From contig OZ365113.1 in NCBI GenBank assembly GCA_977030845.1, positions 15,190,001 to 15,254,000 of the forward strand: a stretch of DNA of 64,000 nt. Reading direction: 5' to 3'. Each line of letters begins with the position of its first letter. The first letter of the stretch is position 1. A program made the position numbers and the translations under genes. Source of the DNA: Fimbriosthenelais zetlandica. Lineage: Eukaryota. Positions 1 through 14,459 of the stretch are shown one piece after another. Under the pieces are notes generated by a model that saw only the letters and a program-made list of their open reading frames with translations, ran no database searches and had not been told where the DNA came from.

Positions 1-200
1 CTGTCTAGGGCCGGCCTCTGGGCTCTCCTCCACAACTCTCTCCTATTGTTGTAATGAGATATGTACAGAGATCCGGTGGCTTCCTCGCTCATAAAATTGA
101 TTGTATCTTTCTGCAATGGTAATTGGGTGATAGTGCAGTCTCTCTCCCTACCATTATGATGGTCCCTCCTCACTTACAGTCTTTCCCACAAGTATTGAAC
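1..200 (-). mobile_element. Possible decayed LINE reverse-transcriptase fragment
   Basis: A minus frame reads HYHPITIAERYNQFYER...RVVEESPEAGPR, loosely like the RT N-terminal YRPISL...QxGFR block. It contains internal stops and was judged by eye only. Confidence 0.3.
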
Positions 201-2229
201 ATTTCTCGGAGGTCTATTTTGTTATTCGGCAATTCACTTATCTTTCATATTCGGTAATTTTATCCTTGTATGAAGCGAGTAACATTTATAACGGATTTAA
301 AGAAATAATTTTGTTATATTGACTATTTACCAGAACTTAATATAATATACTCGTTGGATAGTCTGTGAAAATCTTTGTGCATAGGAGAGGGAACCAAGGA
401 TGATATAGATAGGGGAGATTCAATCTATATGGAATAAAATGCCCGTACGTAAAGCACACAATTTGGCATGGTGTATATTGTCCATATAGAATTCTTACTT
501 CTAATTATTATGGTTGTCTCAAGTGATGTAAATTGCACTACGTTATAGTTACTCCCTCAGGCACTGCTTCACATTGCTGGTTGATTTTTCTGCCTCCTTG
601 TTAATAATCACATTTCTCTGATTTAATGAGCTTTTTGGCTCATACATTTTACCTCCTCGTTTCCCATTTTCTCAACTTATGATGTGACTAGTGTGTGACA
701 GAAAACCAATATATGGAAAAACATGGCTACAAATGGCCATAGTAAATGACCAATTGTATAGCTTTCTCCCCTAGAATTGCCTTTGAATCTCCATTAGAAA
801 AGACAGTGTAACAATTATTGACCATTTTCAAACCTGGCAGCAAGAATTATGGGTGCTCTCCATCATTGAAGTTAGCGTGTGTTTCACCATTAGCGGGACC
901 ATCCATTGCACTGGAATGACTCAGGATGGCTGCCGCTAGCAGATCAACCACTGACAGGATACCTCTATATGTCTATGTTGTAGCTAGCCACACAGCCAGT
1001 GCAAATCCAGAACAGAAACATTCCACAGACCAATTTAATGTCTGAAAATTGGTTTCAGGTTTCAGACCCTCTTCCGAAACTAAATGTACTGAACGCCTTG
1101 ACCTCTCTCCCTCTGTTTTGCTTGAAAGCTTCAGCACTGACCGGCAGCAAGAGTGTATTTTATATTGCTAGACAGTCTTTGCTGTTGTTACTTATGAATG
1201 ATATTCATTTAAAGATCCAGATTGGTGATAATGTGGGATCCAAGGAAACAGGGCATTATAATTATCAAGACCAGAAGTTTTTCAGTCGACGCATGAGAGA
1301 TTGAGATCTAAAGTGTTAGTGTGTCCATGGCCTAAACCGGAAAGGCAATAAGTGAGAACCTAATGAAGCTTACCAACTATCACAACAAAGGGCCCCGTAT
1401 CCCAAGGATCCATTCTCCCTGGTGTCAAGAGGGCGAAGGCCCTCTACCAGTTACCAATATTGGAAACCAACAGCCACCACTCTTCTAATCCGTTTCCTGT
1501 ATTGGAGATCTACCATCACCAAAGGCATAGCCCTGTCTCACATAAGCAATCTCCATTTTCCACCATGTGGGACCTTTATAATACATCAGCAAAAAAGTAA
1601 CACAATTTGCCCCCACCTTTATTAGATCAAGATCAAGAACTTGTACATTAAAACGAGTTTTAATACCTCCCCGTTGGTATTCCCTGTAGCTGAGCCAACC
1701 CTTGGGCACCTCTGGCCACAATGCATAATTATGGGATCCATTTATCAAAGACTGCATCCTGATATATGTTGCTCTTCCGTTGTGTTCATAATCTCACCGG
1801 GGGCTATGGCCTGGCTTGGAAGAATTGCTGGGTGGATAAAGAATATTCCTTCATATCCCCGGCAAGCCCTGCTTTGAGGGACCATCCATCATTTCAGAAG
1901 TGACTCGTGGGCATTTGATGATTCTTAATGCAATTGCAAAACAGGAATTTGGTACTGGGAGTTATGTATCATTAAGGGGTGCTTTGGACTGCTACCAAAA
2001 GGCCCCACTGATCAATAAATTCTCAAAAAAATCAACTAAGAAAGTCTGATGATGTAGATAACTTCGAAAAAAGAACTCGAGATTAAGGAATTTTTAGAAG
2101 TTTCTAATAAAACAGAATCCAAGATTTAATTCTGAAGCAATCAAATAAAACTGTCAAGATTTATGCATGATTTTTTCCAGTTTCACTGATCATTACTTGA
2201 ATGAGTATGAGGTCTTTTAACTAAAGAAT

Positions 2230-2750
2230 CAGAACTGGTATGGACTCTTGAAGACAGGAACGAGGGGAAGACAGTTCTTATTGTCCAGATCATTCAGAAT
2301 TGGTTGAAAACACAATGCACTAATAGTCTGAGAGAAAAACTGGGGCAATCGTTGGATCCTGTCTGTATTGACTGATGGATCGATGAAAATGCCCGGGTCC
2401 ACTTTAAAAAAAATTGTGAAATAACTTGTCAGGGAAAAAAGTTAACTTCCTTTTTTCAGGAAGGGCCTTGGATATGGTTTGTCCCCAAATAAATGCCCCA
2501 GTTGATGCATTGAATTACCTGGAACAGTTTTATGTTCATATTTTATGTATCAAATCCCTTTAAAATGTCCCTTCGCGCCGTTTCGTGTGTCATATAAAGT
2601 TGATGGGCGCTTAGCCCTGGGTAAAATGAAAGCAAATACCCATAAATCCAGCCGAGACTTGAGAAGCATCTTATCTCCGCCATCGCCAAAAGGCAAAACT
2701 TCCCTATATGAAAGGAAAGGCAGATTCCTCACTTTTGAAAGAGCAAACAG
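2230..2750 (+). pseudogene. Possible decayed NACHT/STAND NTPase relic
   Basis: GKTVLIVQIIQNW starts at 2265. ILSVLTDG-DE is restored by one base near 2379 and is followed by QGKKL. Later come LALGKM and FLTFE. There are multiple stops and the spacing is compressed. Confidence 0.4.
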
Positions 2751-4283
2751 AAAACACACCAGTGAATGGGAGGATGGGCAGAACCTGGGTAAGAATTGAT
2801 TTCCTATGGGAGTAGGTATAAACAATTTATTTGTAGGGACCAGGCTTAAGATATCAATAGGAAAATCACTTTTGTTGAGGTGGAATGGTCGGTGTCTGTG
2901 AAGTATAGTTTTGTTACAAGCTGGTGAATGTAATTTCAGTTTTTTAAGAAGATCCATTGGGGTTGACTGGTAGGAATGGTATGTACTTGGAATATGGAAT
3001 TTGTCTCATATTATCCTTCAGGCTTGGTCCGTTCAATGAAGTGTTTAGGGCATACTTGTATGTGGATCATTTTTTATATCAAGAATATTTATTATGACAA
3101 GTTTGGAAATTGTCATACTGCAGGAGTGATGCATGACTGACATGGCACTGCATGTAACTCCCTGGTCATTTATCTCAGGCTGAGACATTACGTCTGAGTG
3201 GCCAGAATCAATTGCAAATCCAAAGCAACCAGTCAATGTATATTGTCGGGGTGGGAAGCAAAAGCAGCGAGTGGGTTCATGAAAAAGGGACCTTATAGGA
3301 ACATGTGGCATGACATTTACGCCCGATTCCTATCAGACCGGACCTATATGGTAAACGGCGGGCTCGGCAGGAGGGCCAATGACACGGCACATGCGCATCG
3401 CCACGCTTATTGACTGAAGCGATGGAAATGTCTGATGCCTTGATGCAGAGATGAAACATTGGGTAAAGGAAGGCAAGCTGCCTGTCAATACTTGGATTGG
3501 AGTGACCCATGATGATGATTTGTATCTCATGGTGGGAATGTAACTCAGGCGATTCATTCACTACAGTCGCTTGGCCAGGCGACTCGATCGCGCTCGCCTT
3601 ATAGGGCCTTCATCCCTATACTACACCAATGCCATTTCATTTTATGTGAGACAGTGAACAGAATGCATTAGTCAGAGTCAAGGCCATTATTATTATAAAG
3701 ATGACAATGTCCCTTATTTATAGGCCATTACATCTGCAGAATGATGTTGGTTATTGCCAACCTAAACAAATCCTAGGCATGCAGGCCAAGTTTTGTCCAG
3801 TCCATATCTCACATTTTAATCTGCAGTAGGTTGAACTAATTATCAATTATCCCAAAATACAGGGCTTGCAACTTAAGTGTTTTGACGTATACTGCAATGC
3901 CGTCTCTCGCATCTCTCACAAGGACTCCACTTCTGGTATCGCGGAATCCATATTGCAGTGTCTGAGTGCATGAAAGTGTATGATACTACCCATGGGAATA
4001 TGGAAAACAAGGCCATAACCGCAGCTGCCCCATTACCAAGGGAACAAGTGCCCATTTTCAAGATCCACTCCCTCCGCCTGCCATACTTTTGACATGTCTC
4101 CATGCAGACTTTATCTGACCAACCTACTTCCTTTGAAGTAACATCTTCCGCTTGCGCTACTTTCCTCGTTTGCCTATAAATTGGACATATACAGACTTTC
4201 ACAGGGTCATCACCATCATACATATCCACCCATTTTCGTCAACCATAGCCCTTCGCCTTTCTTGACATATTTATGTGGATACA

Positions 4284-4426
4284 GATAGAATTATCTGAGG
4301 GTAGGTCTGGGTGGTAGTTTGACCCGAGGGCGCGGGGCATTTCTCCCCACAAAATATTAGGGGCCCCAGGGACATCCAAATAACCTACCCAGACCCGCCC
4401 GAGGTTGGTCCTATATTTATTCTATC
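4284..4426. mobile_element. Short palindromic non-autonomous element (GATAGAAT...CCCGAGG...ATTCTATC type)
   Basis: It has an outer inverted repeat GATAGAAT/ATTCTATC, an inner imperfect inverted repeat of about 23 bp (4299-4321 vs 4377-4400), and two CCCGAGG motifs. Confidence 0.55.
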
Positions 4427-7400
4427 CCAACCAACAGAAAAGAACCAGAAATTCATTGTCTTCCCATTCAAAATGTCTGTCATAGGAAACTAGGTCAACC
4501 AGTATTTTCCTAGGGCAAATCCTGGTCATAATATGTCCCTCCCGACTGCATATTTTGCCTTATAATTGCTATGTTTCCCCTTTGCGGAAGTTTCTCATTT
4601 ACAAGGCCCGGATGGTCAAGACTTAAGTCAAATCGTTTTAGGGCTTGTTGGCTTGTATCAAAGCCGGTTTGCAGGTGGTTGCCTGACTGTAAGCATCGCT
4701 AGAATCACCAGTGCTCCATTGCTCTTTCCCCTTTATTCCAACCCCAGTGAGAATCACAAACAGGAATTGAGAGATAAATAAATTTCCATTTCCTCTGTAA
4801 TCTTTCCTTTTGGTTTTTGACCATTATCTCGGTTTCTTCTGAGTGTACTCCATCCTCTGAATTCTTTTTCTCTAAAGGGAATTCTGGCTTTGCCTCTCAC
4901 AGCTTTAGTTTAAGCAAACAGCAATTTATCGTCTGGAAGTAGTGAGCCCCTGAACAGCAGCAATTTTTATTAAAAGCATTAATTAAAGTCACCCGAATGA
5001 TAATTGTGATAAGATCATGCCATCAATCAAGACATCCGACTATTTGACGGAAATAACTTCAGCATCATTCCACTTCAGGACGATTAATGGTAACTTCAGT
5101 GTCATAGCCTGTAGACATGTGGAGGTTAAGTTGGCATGATGATTTCAGTGATCATTTTGGTTATTTGATCTTCCAATACGGATTCCTGTTCAATGCACCA
5201 ACCCTCTGATCATGCCATTGGTTTTAGAAGTTCTTACATCTGTCAAACTCTGTCGTGTTACTTGAAATCCGAAATTAATTAATTCAATCCTTTCCGGATT
5301 TAAGCCGTTTTAGGGGTTCTAGGGGGTGGGGGTAGGGTAAGCCCAAGTACTCAGAATTAAGAGTTAAGCCAAGAGATAGGGCCTGGTCTTACCCTATATA
5401 GGAAAGCTTCCAAACTTATATAACAAGATACACTACTTTCTTCTCTACTTGATTACTGTGCCATAGCCCATCTGAGATGCATGATGAGTCCCTAGGTCCT
5501 GAGCAATTAACTGCCCTCCCGGAACGTGCCTCCATTCCAATTGCATCATTCCGATCGCTAAATTAGCTTAATTAGGCCTGTAAACGCAGGCAAATGTTGC
5601 AAATGCGGGCCCGAAGATGGATGTGTGTAAAGCCATCATTGTAATGAGCAATTTAGAATCGGTTTTGCAAAAAAAGCTAAATACTTAACAAGAACATGAA
5701 ATGGCATGCGAAGGAATCCAATGTTCTCTCTCTGTCTTATTAAATCATTCCTATTTGTAGGCCTATATATATACATCAAATACCAAGGCTTTCGTGGGAG
5801 AATTGGCTGGTTTTTCTGTCTTGTGATTGGTGTAACAGTTTTTTCATTGGCCTTGGATGTAGTTTGCTATCTACTCTATTAGGTTATAGGGTGTGCTGGG
5901 TGAAATCAGATTGAGGGTATGTATTGATGGTATTAGACGGCGCCTGTTACCTACCTCCAGCTATAAAGTCATAAATCCAGTAATGAGTTGAGCCAATCCT
6001 TTACCATAATCACTTATTTCATTCAATATCTCAGCAATGATTTTCTCCATTAGTCCACATCATCCACAATCTATGACTTTGATTTGGTTGCTACCAGCGG
6101 CAAGATAGAATTCTGTAACTGAATAACTTTAGTTATGGTGATAAATAGCTTTATAGGAAATGTAAATGTATGTAAGATTCGCCGAATATTGTATATATAT
6201 CCAGGTGGGGAGAAGATGCTCAGTGGAGGTTAAACTGCACTGAATCCTTTTTGGAAATAGACTTGAGGCAAAAGGGTGTGATTCTCCAGTAGGAATGGTA
6301 GGCTATAGCTATATTGACCTTTTGAACAAAGCCTAGAATGTTCTGCGCATTTTGTGAAGCTTAGCTATTGGTAGATGGACTCGAGACATAGTAACCAGCC
6401 TGGGACACATAAAGCCAAAGGATCATAGACTAAATCACTCTTATTATCCACAGGAAATATGTATGTATTGGCATTGAAGCCACAACTACACTATCATACA
6501 TATAGACCCCCGGGTAGACACCCCTACACGTTTTACTATCCATTCACAGTAGCCACTCATCATTTTCTAAGCATACCCCTGGGGCCAAATAAATCCCCCT
6601 TCCCTTTTACCCTGACCAATCCCACCCTCTTCTACACGCCTGGCAAGTGTCTCTCTAAGACCAATATGACACCAGTACTAAGACCACCCCTAGCCACCAC
6701 CCTATACACCAGAGAGAAAAGGCCTTAAAAACTCTGTTTCTGGGTATTCTCATTTGCTCAACATGAATACCAGATGTTGGAGTAAGGGCAAGTAGACCCC
6801 CATGCCCTGTCAAGCGAGTCCTATTAAATCACAAGGTTATGTGATCGCCTGTGACCCGATACCAATTCCCTATACTACTCCAGTGTAACCCTGCCACCCT
6901 GGACTGTGCCACCCGCCCAGGGACAACCATTAGTGACACTCTCTCTTATTTATCCTGAAGCAGAGTGTGGATGTGCTTTTTGTATGGTTTATCGATGCTT
7001 TTTACTACTCCCTCCTCTCTAGATTTATATGCTTTATATATCAGTAGATCAATGGCAAGGGGACTATCTGTATACATTGCATGAAACATTGCAGGCTTCC
7101 CCTTGTCATCTTTTTTATGCATCGTGCTTAGGGACATGGTTTCTGCAACAAACAAGGTACATCCTTTCAAAGAAAAAATTAAGTGTTCAGCATTCCTTAA
7201 GGCAAGCTCGTAACTCCTTATATTGAATACATCTAATAAGATGGATCTTTGTGTCAACGTTTTTCCCAGTGAAATCAAGCAGACATTGTCATATCTAGCT
7301 ACATGTATAATATTACAGCTAAATCTTGAGAGTGGGCATATACAATAGATTACAATTCCCACTTTCCCTTCTGGATTTTAAATTAAAGAACATGACATAA

Positions 7401-10400
7401 TTATTATTGTCTCATAGCAGAATTAATGTGCCAGTTATAGACGGTTCCACATTTCCACAGAAATACTTCACATTCAACGTGCACGGAAGAAAATAGAAGC
7501 CGAGCAGCCGAGCGTGGGGATAAAGTGGTGCATTTGTGGACACAGCTAATGGCGTGTAGATGGCCGGTCATCTTATAATGCTCAGGGAAACGCCATGCCC
7601 TCTAGGCGATGAGACTGTGGTCTTTCATCAGCGGTAAATCCCTGGTATTATTCCCGGAGAAGGCCTGTCTAGTGAGACATTTTCTGTTTTGGTCTGAATT
7701 TACCCAAACTTCGTTTAATCAGGAGAATAGAGGTTTGCTAAACCAGTAAATTCCATGTCTTGATTTGGGATTTTAGTTTTTATAAATGTGTGCCTTGGGA
7801 CAAAGGATGCACTGTATAGAATGCATCCCACATCTTTTTTTTGAGAGAGAACCTGACACCCACACTGCGCAAGTTTTCCCATGCACTACAATGGCCTGTG
7901 ATGACTTATACATATCTGCTGCCCAATACTGGCCATCAATATTGCAGGATTATTGGACCCACAACAAGCACACACACAAACCAAACACCACCCCACACCA
8001 CCATACAACCAATACCAACTTAGGAATGGTGCTCGGCCCCTCCCCAATTCTCCCAACTCTCTCCCAATACATGTATTCACCCCCATCTCATGTGTGTAAA
8101 TAACATCGGTGCCGAGTAGTCTGGCTTACATAGCCTCCCCAAAACTGCATGGACTGCAATTAGAATGGAAGCAATCGATTTTAGAATCTCTGAAATATTC
8201 TGTTCGGGATTAAAGTTGAATCGATAGTGGGACTATGGTGGGGGAAAGCCATCCATTAAGTACCTCTATATATGTTATGCTGCATCACTGCATTGAGGCT
8301 TGCTGATTGTGTTGGCACAACATATAGGCTTGATTGGATCGTTTGTCTATTGCATCACTAAGTGCCATCATGCTTCACCCTAACATATTTACCCTGCTTC
8401 ATTTAATCACCGTAAACATAAGCTTTATAGGGCTCCTGTCCTCATCACGGCCCAAGTTTCCACATGGAGTGTCACATCACGTATTACAGCAACATTTATC
8501 CTCTTCTTTGCCTCTGACACAGGCAGCTTATTCTTGAAAATGCAATGCCAGGAGAACATTAATCACATACAAAACATTTGTAATTAGGGTTTCTCCCCAT
8601 TTGTCATTTATTCGACCAGCTTCATTTTTTGCAAATAAAGCATGGTCAGTTAATTGTGAGCTTTAGACAAAAATAATTATGAATTGCGCGCGTTTTTCTG
8701 TTTAACTGATATGCGTCTTGGCATGACTAACGTCAGTGCATCTTTCACTTGTACTTTGGGAATATTCAATATTTGGGATCTATAGTACCGATAATTAATG
8801 ACATGACATTACATCTGCCCTTGTGATATACATGGTGAATGCCACGGGGGAATAAAGGAGGAGAGAACGATGGCCCAGCCCACTTAATCCCAGTCTCCTG
8901 ACTCTAATTCATCACAATGAACTTGTTCTTGGTTATTACTATGGCAAGATGAATGTCCTTCACTGATCCCCCAGATGAGGCTGTGAGCCGGCCACCGATC
9001 AGCCGACCAGGCACGGTCTGGATCAGGCTCACTGCCTGGGGTGTGTGGAGGGATTGGAGAAGATCATCGATTGCTTTGGGCCTTAAGGCCCTAGGCAGAC
9101 AGACTGACTCCTACATGATATAATGGTGTTAGAGAGGAGAGTGAGTGATGTGTGAATCAGTGGTAGGCAATTCATTACTAATAGAGGGAGACTATTTGTA
9201 GCCCCGGGTATTCCTATATAAACTATACCCTAACCTTATGTAAGTGTTGTAGGATATTACATCCTGGGCAGTCCTGTGAAGAAAATGACTGATCCCCTGG
9301 GTGCAGCAACTTGTTGCTTCATTTTATACTTTTAAAGATCGCTTCTTCTGATTCCACATCATTTCTTCAAAGGCAAGTTGAGGTGTACATATTTGCTCAT
9401 ACCCTGTGTCTCAAACCAACATGTAGAAGTTCCTTCAACATTTGATATGATCCTATCTCTTCCTACAGCTGTAAATTTCCAGTGTTATCATTCCATTTCA
9501 CACTCTGTTCCAATTTCCTCCTGATATGAATTTGTTATGAAACAAGACCAATACAATTAAATGGGGGCAAAAAGTAGTGAAGCCCTTCCAATCTACACTG
9601 GCACATCTTACAATTAATGTCTCCACTCGTTGGGGGTACTGGAATTAAAAATTTCATCACGAAAATGGAATCGGGAATTGGTAAGCGATGGTGCAACACT
9701 CCCCTTTCCTCCTCCTTCGGAAGAAATGCAAACATCACTAATGGGAACATCATTCCATCAAACTTTTCATCATCAGCTTCGGAGATGCTCCTCCTACAAG
9801 TGAAATAACTTTTCAAAGATAGAAAATTGGTTGGGAATTAGTTATTGGAGGGTAGGAACGAGATGGATTGAAAGAGAAGGAAAAAGGGAGGAAAGAGCTG
9901 AGAGAAAGATGTCCATGCCACGAAAATCATCTCATTAGAGAGAAATTTTTCTGGGTGGATGAAAGATGAGTTTCATTAATGGTGTGTAAAAGGAAGAGAG
10001 CAAAAGAGAGAGTGAGAGGTAAAGAGGATGAGAGAGGGAGAGCAGGTGGGAACAAACACCAGATTACCCAGCTCTTGAAGGACAAAAACCAGGTTAATGA
10101 AACAATTATGGTCCAGAAATTGATTCCCTCTGAAGCTTTCTGGATTGGAAAACCAGGTCTCTGATGAGATGATGGGAAAGTGGGAAGGGGGCATCTGTGA
10201 ACAAGTAATATTATAGGACCTTACACCAAGGGCTTCATAAATGCTAACTATCTATTGCTTGGTGCCTGGTACACGGTATCAGAGGCGAGTTACTTTATGG
10301 TGTGGCGGAACTCCAACGATAACACACAATGGATCACCAGTGGAAATATTTTTAGAATCTACACTACTGTGGTCTGTATGAATACTGAGAGTTATCGGAG

Positions 10401-10721
10401 CCTGTTATTATCAAGCAGATTATTATGCTTTGTTAGCATTAGCATCATCAAACTAACCACCTGACGAAAAACAAGTAGAGAACCCTGATCCCAAATAGTT
10501 GGGGATTAAAATGGCCCAAGAATTTGCCATCCAAATGAAGCAAATAAAACTACTTTAAGACCATGTCGATCAATAAAATAAGGTCTTACCTTTTTTGTCC
10601 TTCCTCCTGGGCATTATCAGGTGCTGCTATCTCCCCTGGATAGCTTTCCTCCAGTGTACTGCAATCTCTCCCCTACGGATAACTGATGGTGCCGAGAGTT
10701 AGTCGGAGAAGTAGGAGAGTG

Positions 10722-10754
10722 GGTGGTGGTGGTAGTGGTGGTGGTGGTGGTGGT
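10722..10754 (+). repeat. (GGT)n microsatellite, reading as polyproline on the minus strand
   Basis: Direct reading of the sequence. Confidence 0.85.
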
Positions 10755-12585
10755 CCTGATAGTGGAAGTGGTGGTAGTTCCTCAGACATAAACGATTTGT
10801 TAGCATTAGAATCATCGTCCTTCAAGTGATGATAGAGTCCTCAATCCCTCCTTCTCTCTCTCTTTCCGTCCCTGGAATCAGCCTATTACAGCAATTATTC
10901 CAGTCACCAGTCTCTGCTTCATATTATACTTGCCCACCTGTCCTCTTCCAAGGACCACCCATCCATCTAGCCAGCCAGCCCTTTATCTCCACTTACTCCT
11001 TCCTCAGACATATAAAATAACAGCAACTAAATGATCAGTGAACTCCTGACCCTCAATCCTTCTCCCGCTCACTAAGAAGCAGTCCTCCTTGTAATTGCTG
11101 ACTGACATGTGAATATTACATCTGTCTTTAGTGGAACCATTCAGTATCCTCCTGTGCTATTGGAAAGGCGACAATGTCTTTTGTGAAACACCCCAATGAT
11201 GTTCTCTTGCTGTTCAGATCACCTTCAAACATAGCCGCTAGGTCTTTCACAAGTCGTCAGCCAGCTTTTTTGTGGACTCCATGGCAGAGGGATAGTAATG
11301 CCAAGCAATGACAGCCTAGTTTTGCTGCGATGCATTGGTGCAGTGAGCTAAAGAAGATCTTTCGGGCCTTACCATCAAAGCTGCTGTTTTGATTGGCCAG
11401 GACCATGCTGAGGCAGCCCTCGCTTTGAACATCCAATCCCTTCACTGCTCGCCACCGCGCACGATCAAACACGTCCGCTTCCGCCTGGTATCGACTGTGC
11501 TGCCCTCTAGCAGGCTATGGGTGTGACTAGGTGCCTCGACCTGGCAGAAAATATGGCTGGAGTTATGGTTGGTATTGGTAAATAAAGTTGTCTTCCTCAC
11601 TCCTCCTAGCTCTCTCGCACCTCTTCCCTCTTCTCGTCTTGCTTTCGGCGAAAAAGAAGCACCATTTTGCTTCTAACCAGGTATTGATGATTTAAGGTAG
11701 ACAGAAAGGGTGAGCTGACACTCTGAGGATGTAATGATATTTCCCTATTTGGGATGAAACCCCATACCTAAATAGCTTGGGGATAGGTGGAAATGATATT
11801 CTTGGTGAAAAACGCCTTTGGGTTGAATGGCCCATATTTCTCTTTCATGTTTTTGGAAATGGATCTTTTCTAGGATGCATTTCACTAGAACTTACCGCAG
11901 TCTGTGAATGAGATGTTCTGTTTCCTTAATGGAATACAGCATAATTTGTTCAGTTTGTGACCAAGGGTTAACACTAAATATATTTACACATGGATATGAA
12001 ACGATGTAGTATTCATCTTCAGCATTTATATTTAAGGTCATTGTCGGAAGATTGTTGGGAAATAGATTGTTGTTCATTCCTTAGGGCCTAAACATTGTAT
12101 CATGGATCTTTTCCTGCGGAAAATCTTAAGTTCCAAATGCTGAAAGCATTTAGGAGAAGCAATCCATTACTAGCTCACATGCTCTCCCCGTTCTCTCTGT
12201 ACTTTAGTCCTTCTCACTGTGTGTGTTTTCATGACAAATCCTGGGCCTGGTGTCTCGGGGAGTAACAGCTTGGACCTGTGCACAGGATGCAGCCTGGGTA
12301 AACCTGACTGTTTGATCTCCTTCCTCCACTCTATGTGTGAGAGGGGAGCAACTCTGTGCTGGAATCACCATCACCTGGAGGCTCATGGTCTGTGTCTCTG
12401 ACCCTATCCCCCACATGACAGTATCTGACAATTGATGATATCTGAGAGGCTATGTGAATATATTCCTATACATGACATTATCCTGTGAAGGAGTGTTGCT
12501 TGGATCAGCTTGACCTAAAACGATGCAGACAATTTGTGCCATTGCCTTTTCCTTTTGTTAATATGGATCTGTAGTTTCTATGAGA

Positions 12586-12615
12586 CTTTATCTTAGATAT
12601 GCCGATGACATTATC
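12586..12615 (+). mobile_element. Isolated RT active-site-like motif LYLRYADDII
   Basis: The motif is present, but the flanks contain stops and show no other RT motifs. Confidence 0.3.
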
Positions 12616-14365
12616 TGTAATATTGTACTTCCTAAATCAGTTTTTTTTCTTCTCATTGTCATTGTAGTATATTTTAACAGAATCCAGCTCTTATCAGCTC
12701 AACCGTGTTAAGTATGATGTCAGGCCTGATGCCTTCGGGCTCACATACTCATATGTTAATTAGGACTCGCATATTATGTTGCATTCCTTGGATGGTTTGT
12801 TTGTAACAAAATAACGTCGACCCGATGATAATGTCTACAGTTTCCTCTCGATCTCAGTGTTTGTTGGGATGAATCTCCTTATCTAGGGCTAAGACATCCT
12901 CAGGTGATCGTTCAGGTTGGTGCAGTCTCTCTCAGACTCGCCACCTCTCTCCAAGCCATATCTTGCCTTATCAGCCTGTGTACTGAAGCTATCAGCCCCT
13001 TATCACCCCTTGCACTGAGAAGCTTACACTCTTGAGCAATAACTCCCAAGATAAATCACACCCTCAGGCAAACACATCCTTTATCTGCTCATAGATTAAC
13101 CATGGAATGAAGCTTTCTTTATGCTTGAACTTTTTGAGACAGGTAGATGGGTAATGTACACTGGTTGTCTTCCTCCTGGCATGCACATACATTGACATGA
13201 TCATGTACTCTGAATTCTTGACCTAGAGTAAATATATTTTTCTTATTTAAAAAAACGGCAAATAGCAAAAAAAAAACTGGTTAAAAAATGGGCCATAATT
13301 GTAGCATACAGTGGTTGCCTCCATGCCTGCTCACATGCCCATATGCACGTACCAGGCTATAGACTCGCTTGTAGCTCACTGATTGGTTTATAGTTTGCCA
13401 CACGTGCCATGACCCTGTGTTGTCAATCCCGAGCCCCATTGCTTATTCTAGAGGCATTCCATGGGGAGAGAGTGCCTCCATTGTAATAGGTGTTGAGCAA
13501 ATGCCTCCTGCCGTGAGATGCTCACAATGAGAGGAGAGCTGCGGAAGCTAGCGAGGTCATCTAATAATATACGCCCAACTATGATAACAACCTATACAAT
13601 CAGCTATAAAGAGAAATTCACACCTGAAAATATTGTATTTGGATGGCATTTTCACTCAATTGCTCTTGCGAAAACAAACCAAATCTAGTGTAGTAGTCCT
13701 GCACCATTGCTCAGCGGTCATTTTTATATAAAATAAATGTGCGCTTACTATGGAAATTGAACGTCAAACTATGACCTGAATGTTAGGGTTTTATCATGTG
13801 AGTAGAATGCAGCTAGAAAGCATGAGGACCACAAGCTTTTAACCTGGCTCATGTGTTTGCTTGTGCCAAGAGACAAAAAGCAACAGGAAATCCAAGTGAC
13901 ATTGGAACATGCATCAAAAAGGCCCTGCTGAAATTGGTTTTCTCTGTGGTTTAGGGGCTTGGGAGGCCTCCATCTTATTACAACCCAGTATATATAGCCT
14001 CATTTGGCCTGGGGATTTGGGGAAATTTGGATTGATGATTTGGACAATAAGTGAGTGTTGGAAAGATGAATGAATGGCTAGAGATTGATCGGTGGATGGG
14101 CGGCTGTATGTTTTGGGAATGACGGGATAAATTGTATTAAAATAAACCATACAATTCATGTAGAAACCGTGATTGAAAAGCAACAATATTTGCTGATCAA
14201 AATTGCCCACATCAAGGACACCGAAGTCCCAAGCTTAAATCGTGTTCAGCATGCAGTGGGAAGCATTATAGCAAAAAGGAACAGCATTACACGCGTTAAA
14301 AATATAAAGTGAACTTGTGAAGTAGTGAGAAGGAGTAGTATTGGTGTGAGGTGAAGGGCATGACA

Positions 14366-14459
14366 TTCACCGCTATACACCTCCACACACCTGGGGATTC
14401 AACTTATTTCTGCCAGAGTGACATATGCGAATACAGCAATCTACCTCTGCAGCTCAAGT
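14366..14459 (+). mobile_element. Possible decayed L2/CR1-type RT fragment
   Basis: With one frameshift it reads FT-LYTSTHLG...TYANTAIYLCSS, resembling FxLYTxPLG...YADDTQLYLS. Confidence 0.3.

Noticed and set aside
6946-7362. 138-aa ORF
   Set aside because: No recognisable domain, and its length is at chance level.
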